Source: a bacterium
Lineage (GTDB): Bacteria > Electryoneota > JAOADG01
NCBI GenBank assembly: GCA_963681965.1
Contig: OY820579.1
Coordinates: 1,530,882-1,594,881 of the forward strand
DNA length: 64,000 nucleotides
Reading direction: 5' to 3'
Below, one piece after another: positions 9,326-17,842 of the stretch; the first letter of the stretch is position 1, and every line of letters starts with the position of its first letter. The position numbers were made by a program, and so were the translations under genes. The notes under the pieces are model-generated. The model did not search any database and was not told the origin of the DNA. It saw nothing but the letters and a program-made list of their open reading frames with translations.

Positions 9326-9808
9326 CTAATCTTCCGGGTAATTGCCGTGACGTGCCGCTTTGACGGCTCGATCCAGCGTACGTACTTCTTCCCGTTCGGC
9401 GATTGCGGCGCGCTTATCGTGTTGCTTCTTGCCGGTGGCAATCCCGATTTCGACTTTTACCAGACCATTTTTCAGATAGACCGAGAGCGGTACGAGAGTC
9501 GCCCCTTTTTCGTCGACTTGGCGTTGGAGTTTGTTCAATTCGGAACGGTTCAGCAACAATTTCCGGGGGCGTACCGGTGGGTGATTGGAGTAACCACCGT
9601 TGTCGTACGGAGAAATATGGACGCCGACTAGCCACAGTTCATCTTTGATGAACCGGGCGAAGCTGTCGCGCAGTTGAACACGACCATTCCGGGCGCTTTT
9701 CGCTTCGGATCCGGTCAGAACGACACCGGCTTCCCACCGGGCACCGATGGAAAAGTCGTGAAATGCCTTCTTGTTTTGCGCTAAAATGCGATTTTCGGTA
9801 CTGTCCAT
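9326..9808 (-). CDS. smpB: SsrA-binding protein SmpB
   Basis: 160 aa with NKKAFHDFSI...GSEAKS...HISPY...RKLLL...GKKQHDKR, matching the SmpB family along its length. Confidence 0.9.
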   Translation of the reverse strand: MDSTENRILAQNKKAFHDFSIGARWEAGVVLTGSEAKSARNGRVQLRDSFARFIKDELWLVGVHISPYDNGGYSNHPPVRPRKLLLNRSELNKLQRQVDEKGATLVPLSVYLKNGLVKVEIGIATGKKQHDKRAAIAEREEVRTLDRAVKAARHGNYPED

Positions 9809-9989
9809 AACTCAGTAAAGTAAGATCTCTCTCGGTTTCCCGCAAATTGGGGGTATATGGTGGAGAATAATGCTTTGTTCTTGGTGCTTGGACAAGATAC
9901 AAGCTGGACGGTGGGGTGTAGACGAAAAATTCGGAAGTACTGTATTGCAGTTTGTAAATTTTGCCTTTTTTTCTGGTGGTGCTTTGAGT

Positions 9990-10520
9990 TTGCACATTGT
10001 GTTGGCACTTTGTGGTGGTACATTGTGGTGGCGCAGGCCTCCGATCCTGCGTTTTGTTATCTTTTTTGTCTTTCTGCCCAACTCCGATTGGGCATTTTCA
10101 ATCTTTCCGCAGTACTTCCCAACTCCGATTGGGAGAATCCCTTCTTTTCCGTAGGTCAGAACTTGTTCTGACCACCGTTTGTTTCTTGTATTCTGTAGTA
10201 GGGGCGCCTCCCCGCGGGCGCCCATCTTTTTTTTATCTTTTCCTAATCCCCATCTCTACCACCCAACACCTATTTTTGATTTGTCGTTGCGAGGAACGAC
10301 ACGAAGCGTCGGACGTGGCTATCTTGCTTTTGGTAGGGGCGGTTCGCGAACCGCCCGTGTCTGATCTAGATAAACGATCGTAATCGGATTCACACTTAAA
10401 ATAATACTGTTATATCCCGAACAAATAATTAAATTTGTGCTACCTTCAGGCGATACGGGCGGTTCGCGAACCGCCCCTACCAAAAAATATGCGGGCGGGC
10501 GTGGGAGCCCGCCCCTACTT
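9990..10520. repeat. Mosaic of short hairpin-forming intergenic repeats (several families)
   Basis: TGGTGGCGCAGGCCTCCGATCCTGCG at 10026-10051. CCCAACTCCGATTGGG at 10077-10092 and 10118-10133. GTAGG..CC hairpins at 10151-10175, 10198-10226, 10333-10357, 10456-10480 and 10491-10518. TTGTCGTTGCGAGGAACGA core at 10281-10299. Confidence 0.8.
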
Positions 10521-12696
10521 CACAATATGAATTACTTCAACAGGACGATCTTCTGTGTCTTCGCAAACGCACCCGCCTGCAATTGCACAAAATAGGTTCC
10601 ACTGGCTAATCGCGAACCATCGAGCCGCACGCGATACGATCCGGCACGCTGCTCACGCTGCACCAGCGTCGAGACTTCACGTCCGGTGAGGTCGTAGAGA
10701 CGAAGATCGACGCGAGACAAGGACGGGAGGGTGTAGGAAAGAGTGGTGGTGGCGTTGAAGGGGTTCGGATAATTCTTAACTAGAAGTGTGGAATTTGGGT
10801 GAAGTGAAGACTCCTGAACCGAAGTAGTATCGATAGTGAATTGGGTGATGAAGCAGTCATATTGACCATTACTCGATGTATCAAAACATGATGATGAAAT
10901 TGGGAAATTAGCACTTGATGTTAAGCCAATGGCGCATATTTTACTGATTGATATGCAACAAATATCCTCTCCGCCATCGTCGCTCGATCCTCCAAGGAAT
11001 GTACTATAAAAATGATTGGGATTATCTAATGAAATACGAACGACAAAACAGTCATTTGAACCTCCACTATAAGACTGTTGCAACGCGTTCATTGTTGTCG
11101 GAAAATTTGTGCTAGAAGTTGTTCCAGTAACAATAATTTCATAAGAATTACGAGCAACTGCCATACCAATATCGTTATCAGTGCCACCAAAAAATGAACT
11201 ATATAATAGATGAGACAAATTATTATTTATAACAGTAACAAAACAATCATAATTTCCATTTTGGGTTGTATCGAATGCATTTTCAGTATGGGGATAATCA
11301 CTACTTGCAGTAACACCGACAGCGATAATGATACTATCCTGCGACAATGCTATATCATGAATTCTATCCCCACCGGAACCACCGATATAAGTACTCTTCA
11401 TTAAAATGCTACCATCGTGACTCACTCGTGATATGAAGGCATCTACTCCTCCATGAAAAGATGAATCGAATGCATCGCTTGAGCACGGAAAATCAGAGCT
11501 GTTTGTGTAACCAGCGAAGACTATCGATTGATCTAACCGAAGTTGAATTATCGAATTACTTACTTCATCATATGAGCCACCGAAATATGTACTGAATAAC
11601 AAAGCAGAACGATTCATAGATAACTTTGTGATGATACAATCGTAACCACCATTCGTTATCGGATTATAGGTGCCGGTAGTAGTAGGATAATCAAGACTTA
11701 ATGTGCTTCCACATATGCTACAGCTACTATCCGCTTCATTCGCGATAATAGAATATCCTTCATCTACGTACGAACCTCCGATGAAACTACTGTAAACAAG
11801 CTGCGTTCCGGTAGGATTTATTTTTAGTACAAAGCAATCATCAGTTCGATATCCGGAATGCGAACGGCAATAAGCATTCGTTGTCGTAGGAAAGTTGTCA
11901 CTTTCAGTGGAACCGGTCACATAGATACAATTCTGTGAATCAATTGTCAATCCATTGCTGAAATCATTGAATACACCACCGAGATAAGTACTGAATTGCA
12001 GGAGTGACAAGGTTGAATCCAACTCGGAAATGATACAGTCCGATAATCCGGCATTCATCCGTTCGATCGTTCCCGGAGTAGTAGGATAGTCAAATCCACT
12101 GGATGAACCTGCAATGACGACCGATCCCGTACTGGTAACTCCAAGTGCTAATGCTTCGTCGTTACCCGTACCACCCACAAACGTCGAATAGATCTGTGGA
12201 TCGATCCGCAGCGTCTGCGATTTATCATACCCATTCGGTAAATCGATTGCGAAGACATTCTCAGCCACGATTGTGAATTGTGCTGTGACATCGTTTCCAT
12301 GAGTGCCATTCGTAGTTGTTTGATATGCTCCCGGAATCGACATCCGGAGTTCGCCGAGGGAGGTGGGAAGCGAGAGTTCATTCGATAATCGGAGGTCGGT
12401 GCTTCCAATCCTTCGCACACCATCTGGATTTGCTTCGGATCGGCACCGGGATGCGCGACGAAATCGAATTCGAGATGACCTTTGCTCTCATACCATTCGA
12501 CATCGATTCCATTCCACACCTCGTGATACACAATGCGTGTAAAGTTGCGGCAATCCGGTGCCCACTTCGAGGAATCATTCCCGAGGAAATAATTGTTGTG
12601 CCATGATAATTCACCTTGTGCATTGATCCATTTTGCGGAGGCGTATTTCCGTAGGTCGGAATTTATTCCGACATCCTCTTGTGTCGTGCATTTATC

Positions 12697-13222
12697 CGTA
12701 GGGGCGTATGGCATACGCCCTAATCTTGTATCTTGAATCCTGATTTTGTCTTTGCGAGGAATGAACGTAGGAACGTGCGAAGCACTTCCGAAGTGGAATG
12801 ACGAAGCAACCCCGAAGGGCTCACCGAAGGTAATCTCCTCCTGTGTCTTTGATTCATTTAAAGAGTAGATTGCTTCGTCACTTCGCTGCGGCTTTCCGCC
12901 TACGGCGGACGATCCTTCGCTGCGTTCCTCGCAACGACAAGTGAGAGCATCTTGATCGGATAGGGGCGAATGCGATTGCCTTCGGCGAGCACTTTGTGGT
13001 TCGCCCCTACGTTCGCAGGCTCGGAGGTCTGCGCCACCAACAGAAGCGACGAATTTGAATTTGATGGCGTGCGATTTTAAAGGGAATTTTCCGGACACAA
13101 GAGGATCGCAGGCTCGGAGGCCTGCGCCACCAACAGAATAGGAGTTGGGTGGTAGGGATTGGGTGTTGGGAAAAGATGAAAAAAGTGGATTGCGACAGGC
13201 GCCATTCGGCGTCCTCGCAATG
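12697..13222. repeat. Mosaic of hairpin repeats (same families as 9990-10520) inserted in the SBBP gene
   Basis: GTAGGGGCG..CGCCCCTA hairpins at 12698-12723 and 12961-13010. CGCAGGCTCGGAGG(T/C)CTGCGCCACCAACAG at 13014-13043 and 13107-13136. TTGCGAGGAA-type cores at 12748-12770 (+) and 12921-12943 (-). Confidence 0.75.
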
Positions 13223-14284
13223 GGCATAAACGCAAAAATGTGTGCTGGGATCGCTACTTAGGTGTCATTTGAAAGTACCATTTGAAGTAATTGAATCGTT
13301 TCTGTTCTTTGAGTCCGCGGTGGTTCCGATACTTCGCTTTCAATCGCGAAAAGTATCCTTCCAACGCATTGGTTGACGTTGGTATGGTTGGTTCGTCGAG
13401 ATAATGGAACATATCCGGGATCGCCTTTAACAGCATACTTCTGGCACATTTCAGGTCGCTTGCGATCCAACCGCCAGTCGGTGCCGCGACCGCTTTGCCA
13501 TAGCGCTTTTCCCATTGTTGTGTTTTTTTTATAAAGCTGTCGCGTTTGGCTTTAGTATCGATCTCAACGACCGTCGTAAACAGTTCCGCTAGTTTCCTGG
13601 CATCGGTTCTTTTAGGATTGCGACGACACCACCGTAATCCCTGACGTTGGATGTGTACAAGGCAACGCTGCACCTTGATCTGCGGCCATAATTCGCGCAG
13701 AATCCGTATTACATGCGGGTTTCCGTCGACAGTGCAACTGATCGGGTTCAGGCCGCGTGCGATAAGAGGTTGCAAGAAGCGTCGAACCTGGTCGGCAACG
13801 TTTTCTTTTACATTGTAAGAACCGTCGACGATCGTCGTCGACGCGCCATCCATCAAAGCGACGATCGATGCGCTCCGTGTCAGAAACGTCCCGTCGATCA
13901 ATAGATGACGGTGATGCGAAAGCGAACCGAAATCGTCCGGCGGTGGCTCCGACAGCCTTTGTTGGATCGTGTTCCATAACGAGCGTGGACTGCAGCCGCT
14001 TTGGCAGCAGAGTTGACGGATCGAATATCCTTCGGCGATCCAAAGCTGAAACCAGTCGGGAGATCGACGCTCATGGCGGAATGAATGCCGACAAGTACGA
14101 CAAAACCAGCGTTGACGACCGTTACTGTAATGACCGTTTTTTTAGATCCGTGCAGAGGCAAATTGGACAATGTCGAAGAGCCATGAAAGTGCACCTAAGT
14201 GATTTACGTTAGCAAATGGTTCTTATAATAGCAAAGAAAATCTTGAGTTACTAGCGATCTCAGCACACATTTTTGCGTTTATGC
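13223..14284 (-). mobile_element. Insertion sequence (~1,061 bp) with 33-bp terminal inverted repeats and an 8-bp target duplication; IS1595-family-like
   Basis: Left end GCATAAACGCAAAAATGTGTGCTGGGATCGCTA (13224-13256). The reverse complement of 14252-14284 reads GCATAAACGCAAAAATGTGTGCTGAGATCGCTA (32/33 identical). TCGCAATG flanks both ends (13215-13222 and 14285-14292). Confidence 0.8.
13254..14184 (-). CDS. DDE transposase with N-terminal zinc ribbon, interrupted by an apparent +1 frameshift in an A7 run
   Basis: ATG at 14184 gives MALRHCPICLCTDLKK. After the homopolymer (plus-strand T7 at 14137-14143) the next frame reads NGHYSNGRQRWFCRTCRHSF...LLIDGTFLT and joins ORF 13254..13901 (QRCLVH, TNALEGYFSRLK motifs). 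Confidence 0.7.
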
Positions 14285-14380
14285 TCGCAATGACAGAATT
14301 AAAGGACACGGGCGGGCATGGGAGCCCGCCCCTACTGGAAAAAGGATCGACGGGCGGGCATGGGAGCCCGCCCCTACTAG
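14285..14380. repeat. Two tandem 42-nt units, each carrying a CGGGCGGGCATGGGAGCCCGCCCCTAC hairpin
   Basis: Identical hairpin sequences at 14309-14335 and 14351-14377, each preceded by AAAGGA. Confidence 0.85.
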
Positions 14381-14872
14381 CGTCTATCGTTTTTGAGGAA
14401 TCAATTACGTTCGTGACGAGGGTGACACCATCGCGCTCAATAAACCAAGTGAAACCGTCGGGCCGCACCTCGCATTTATACACCACGGCGGAATCCCACT
14501 GCCCCTTGTTCTCGGTAAACTGAAACGGGTGCGGTTATCGCGTGGATTGCACACTCACCGCTTGTACGGTAAGAAAACGACCAAATAAGAGAATCATCGT
14601 TAAGCAAACGACGAGGAAATTTCGATTCATGTGCTGTGATCTAATCGTCATTGCCGCTCCGGCACAGTTCTAAAACATCGATTTGTGTGATCATACCGAA
14701 TAATCGTAAAGATAATGCTGATATTTGATTAATCAAACGAATATTGCCGGTATTGGTAAATTAATCGTTGAAAACATCGAATAATCTGCCCAAAAATCCC
14801 CGATCGACCCAATCCTACTATGAGGGTTTGTTGCGAGCGTACTATATTCAATGAAATTTGAATAGGTGAATT

Positions 14873-16045
14873 ATGGCTGAACGTTTCGAAGGCGTCGATT
14901 TTTACGATACCGATTCGCTGCTGACTGAAGAAGAAATCGCGATTCGCGATACCGTCCGCGATTGGGTCGAGGATCAATTTCTCCCGATCATTCGCAAACA
15001 TGTCGCGGCGAAAACGTTTCCGACCGAGATCATCCCGCAGCTAGCCGAGATGGGGTTGCTCGGCGCGAACCTTCCGGAAAAATACGGCTGTGCCAATGTC
15101 TCCGAGACCGCCTACGGCTTGATCAATCAGGAGCTGGAGCGCGGCGATAGCGGTTTGCGCAGCTTCTCATCGGTGCAATCGGCGCTGGTGATGTATCCGA
15201 TCTATGCTTTCGGCAGCGAGGAGCAGAAATCGTACTGGTTGCCGAAACTTGCGTGTGGCGAGAAGATCGGTTGTTTCGGATTGACGGAACCGGATCACGG
15301 CAGCGATCCTGCCGGCATGATCACCCGTGCCGAAGACAAGGGGCGGCATTACATCCTTCATGGTGCGAAAATGTGGATCACCAACAGTCCGCTCGCCGAC
15401 CTGTTTGTCGTTTGGGCACGGCTCGACGGCGTCATTCGCGGGTTCCTGCTGGAACGCGGTATGCCCGGGCTTTCCGCACCGGAACTGACCGGAAAGTTTT
15501 CACTCTGGGCATCGGCAACCGGTGAGATCGTAATGGATCAAGTCGAAGTTCCGAAAGAAAACATTTTGCCGAATGTATCAGGAATGAAAGGTCCGCTCTC
15601 GTGTCTCACGCAGGCACGCTACGGTATCGCGTTCGGTGCGACTGGTGCGGCGATGGCGTGTTTCGACGAAGCCCGAAAATATTCGCTGACCCGTCAGCAA
15701 TTCGGTAAACCGATCGGCTCGTTCCAAATCACGCAGGTGAAATTAGCCGAGATGTTGACTGAAATCACTTTGATGCAGTTGCTCCAAATCCAGTTGGGAC
15801 GGTTGAAAGAGCAAGGTAAATTGAAACCGCAGCAAGTCTCGCTGGCGAAGCGGAACAATGTCGCGAAAGCGCTGGAGATTGCCCGTTCCGCTCGTACGAT
15901 CCTCGGCGCGAATGGCATCCTCGATGAATATGTTTCAATGCGTCATGCCTGTAATCTGGAATCGGTCTTGACATACGAAGGAACACACGAGATTCACACG
16001 TTGATTCTCGGACAGGAAATTACCGGCATCGCGGCATATTCGTGA
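14873..16045 (+). CDS. gcdH: Glutaryl-CoA dehydrogenase (acyl-CoA dehydrogenase family)
   Basis: 390 aa. [39 protein letters not shown] and [15 protein letters not shown] blocks are typical of GcdH-type ACADs. Confidence 0.8.
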   Translation: MAERFEGVDFYDTDSLLTEEEIAIRDTVRDWVEDQFLPIIRKHVAAKTFPTEIIPQLAEMGLLGANLPEKYGCANVSETAYGLINQELERGDSGLRSFSSVQSALVMYPIYAFGSEEQKSYWLPKLACGEKIGCFGLTEPDHGSDPAGMITRAEDKGRHYILHGAKMWITNSPLADLFVVWARLDGVIRGFLLERGMPGLSAPELTGKFSLWASATGEIVMDQVEVPKENILPNVSGMKGPLSCLTQARYGIAFGATGAAMACFDEARKYSLTRQQFGKPIGSFQITQVKLAEMLTEITLMQLLQIQLGRLKEQGKLKPQQVSLAKRNNVAKALEIARSARTILGANGILDEYVSMRHACNLESVLTYEGTHEIHTLILGQEITGIAAYS

Positions 16046-16107
16046 ACGAATAAGATACAATATTTACAACGACCCACTAGGGATATATCTCCCGGGAAAT
16101 AAATCGA

Positions 16108-16821
16108 ATGTCGCTGAAATCGATGATCAAAGCCATTTTGCCGAAACCCTTGCACTACGCGTACAACCGGCTCGTATCGCGTAAAAAAATCCGTCAACTC
16201 CACGGCGATTGGTTCGATCTTGAGTGGAAACATCGCGCGGCAAACTGCGACGACGAAACTTGGCGAAAAGTCTACAATGAGTCATGGGAGAATTGGTCGC
16301 AACAGGATCTCTCTCCGATCGATTTACAGAAAATCGATGCACTCATTCCGGAAAATGTGTCGGTGCTGGATGCCGGTTGTGGCGATGGTTATTTGCTGGA
16401 AGCGTTACGGGGAAAAGGGCGGACGTTATCTGGAATCGACCTGTCGGAAGTCGCGATCGTCAAAGCGCGTGAGCGTTTGGGAACAGATATTTTATTGCAA
16501 GCAAGCAAAATCGAGCAGTTGCCATTTCAAGACAAAGCGTTCGATGTGGTGGTTTCGGCACATACCCTTGAGCATGTCCGTGAATTTGAAGTCGCGATTG
16601 CGGAATTGCGGAGGGTTTGCACAAAACGCTTAATTATCCTTGTTCCGTCGCAGGAATATCTCCCGTATACTGAAGATTACCACCTGCACTTCTTTCCGCA
16701 TGATGAGGATTTGTTACGACGCGTGAATTATCCCGGAGCACATCTAGAGCGCTATACCGTTCCGACGGGGATCTGTGCTTATAGCGGAGATATCCTCCTG
16801 CTCTGGATTGATTTCGTTTAG
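16108..16821 (+). CDS. Class I SAM-dependent methyltransferase
   Basis: Motif I VLDAGCGDGYLLEAL, followed by FDVVVSAHTLEHV. Confidence 0.75.
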   Translation: MSLKSMIKAILPKPLHYAYNRLVSRKKIRQLHGDWFDLEWKHRAANCDDETWRKVYNESWENWSQQDLSPIDLQKIDALIPENVSVLDAGCGDGYLLEALRGKGRTLSGIDLSEVAIVKARERLGTDILLQASKIEQLPFQDKAFDVVVSAHTLEHVREFEVAIAELRRVCTKRLIILVPSQEYLPYTEDYHLHFFPHDEDLLRRVNYPGAHLERYTVPTGICAYSGDILLLWIDFV

Positions 16822-16846
16822 TGGATCTTCGATCGATAAATTTCGA

Positions 16847-17767
16847 TTACACTTCTTCCGGAAACCGTTCCCGAACCAAACCGTGCCGTAAACCCTGCAG
16901 ACATACTTTGACTTCTTCGACACTCCAATGATCGAGTAATAATCGGACAATACTCGTCCCGGCGAGAATCACATCGGCGCGAGCCGGATCCATTCCCGGA
17001 ATCTTTTTTCGTTGTGCGATTGTCTGAGATTGAAACATGCGCCACTGATATTCCAGCTCTTCGCGATCGACCACGAATCCATGAACACTTGCATCAAAAT
17101 GCTTCATCTTGATTGCGATCGCTGCGATACTGACTAGTGTTCCGCCAATTCCAACGACACCGGCACCATTCGACAATCGTTTCCCTTTTGATAGAACCCG
17201 GCTGATTTCCGTTTCCATTGCTTTCATCGTACCGGGTGTCGGAGGATCGGAATGCGCTAGATACGTTTCGGTCAACTGAACAGCACCTATGGGATAACTC
17301 TCTTGCGAGAGAATATCGGAATTGTTGCCGATGATTATCTCGGTACTGCCGCCACCGACATCGAAAACGCCGATTTGTCCATCGCTACCGACAAATCCGT
17401 GTCGAGCTGCGAAATAGGCTAATCGGCTCTCTTCGGTTCCCGAGAGAATTTCAATCTCAATCCCGAGCTGTTCGCGCGCTAGTTGTACAAAGTGTGACGC
17501 ATTTTTGGCGATACGAAACGCCATTGTACCGACGATACATATTCGGGTAATTTCGCGGTTGTGAAGGTCGGTCACGATCTCATTGAGTTGTTTGAGATTT
17601 CGTTCGATGGCAATCTCGGAAAAAATACCCGTTTGAGTAGTATGCTCACCGATCCGAGTGGGGTATGATGTGTCGGTATCGAAACACCAACCGGACGAAT
17701 CGTGATGCGCAATCAAGCACTTAATTGTATTGGTTCCAATATCAATTACTGCGACGGGAGGTGTCAT
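16847..17767 (-). CDS. Ppx/GppA family phosphatase (exopolyphosphatase-like)
   Basis: N-terminal AVIDIGTNTIKCLIA phosphate-binding loop, DVGGGSTE motif and a length of 306 aa. Confidence 0.8.
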   Translation of the reverse strand: MTPPVAVIDIGTNTIKCLIAHHDSSGWCFDTDTSYPTRIGEHTTQTGIFSEIAIERNLKQLNEIVTDLHNREITRICIVGTMAFRIAKNASHFVQLAREQLGIEIEILSGTEESRLAYFAARHGFVGSDGQIGVFDVGGGSTEIIIGNNSDILSQESYPIGAVQLTETYLAHSDPPTPGTMKAMETEISRVLSKGKRLSNGAGVVGIGGTLVSIAAIAIKMKHFDASVHGFVVDREELEYQWRMFQSQTIAQRKKIPGMDPARADVILAGTSIVRLLLDHWSVEEVKVCLQGLRHGLVRERFPEEV

Positions 17768-17842
17768 ATTCGTGACTCCGTGGTAAATGGTTCCGAAGGT
17801 GAGGATTTAGTTGTATTTTATTGCAACAACGGAAAGTATGCA

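Larger units (their letters stand above)
10532..14630 (-). pseudogene. SBBP-repeat beta-propeller surface protein with T9SS C-terminal sorting domain, disrupted by a nonsense codon, a repeat/IS insertion and a frameshift
   Basis: N-terminal piece 14630->~14381: MNRNFLVVCLTMILLFGRFLTVQA..STR-TAA-PHPFQFTENKGQWDSAVVYKC.. (in-frame TAA at 14535-14537). Middle piece ~12690->12400, in the frame of ORF 12148..13227: NNYFLGNDSSKW..LEFDFVAHPGADPKQIQMVCEGLE. Main piece is ORF 10532..12418, with repeated G.S.DYPTT blades and the C-terminus NYPNPFNATTTLSY...KIVLLK. Confidence 0.7.

Noticed and set aside
9812-10383. Several overlapping 80-137-aa ORFs on both strands between smpB and the T9SS pseudogene
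   Set aside because: They lie entirely within the repeat mosaic, overlap each other in different frames, and have no SD or family signal.
9809-10531. Possible tmRNA (ssrA) or tRNA next to smpB
   Set aside because: I found no acceptor or T-arm pattern and no tag-peptide reading frame ending in a resume-codon context. The GGTTCGCGAACC strings belong to perfect palindromic repeats, not T-loops.
12148-13227. 359-aa minus-strand ORF
   Set aside because: Its first ~175 residues are read straight through hairpin and short repeats (VGGAGLRAC.., CRCEERSEGS..). Only residues ~185-275 are genuine SBBP N-domain sequence in a shifted frame, and the rest overlaps the real 10532..12418 frame. It is treated as part of the pseudogene.
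14301-14380. CRISPR-like appearance of repeated palindromic GC-rich units (also at 10333-10518)
   Set aside because: There are only two tandem copies with an ~15-nt spacer here. Elsewhere the copies are inverted or differ in sequence. No regular repeat-spacer periodicity and no cas genes were seen.
14535-14537. In-frame TAA in the SBBP N-terminus as a possible recoding event
   Set aside because: TAA is used as a normal stop throughout the window. The same gene also carries an IS/repeat insertion and a frameshift, so simple pseudogenisation is the economical reading.
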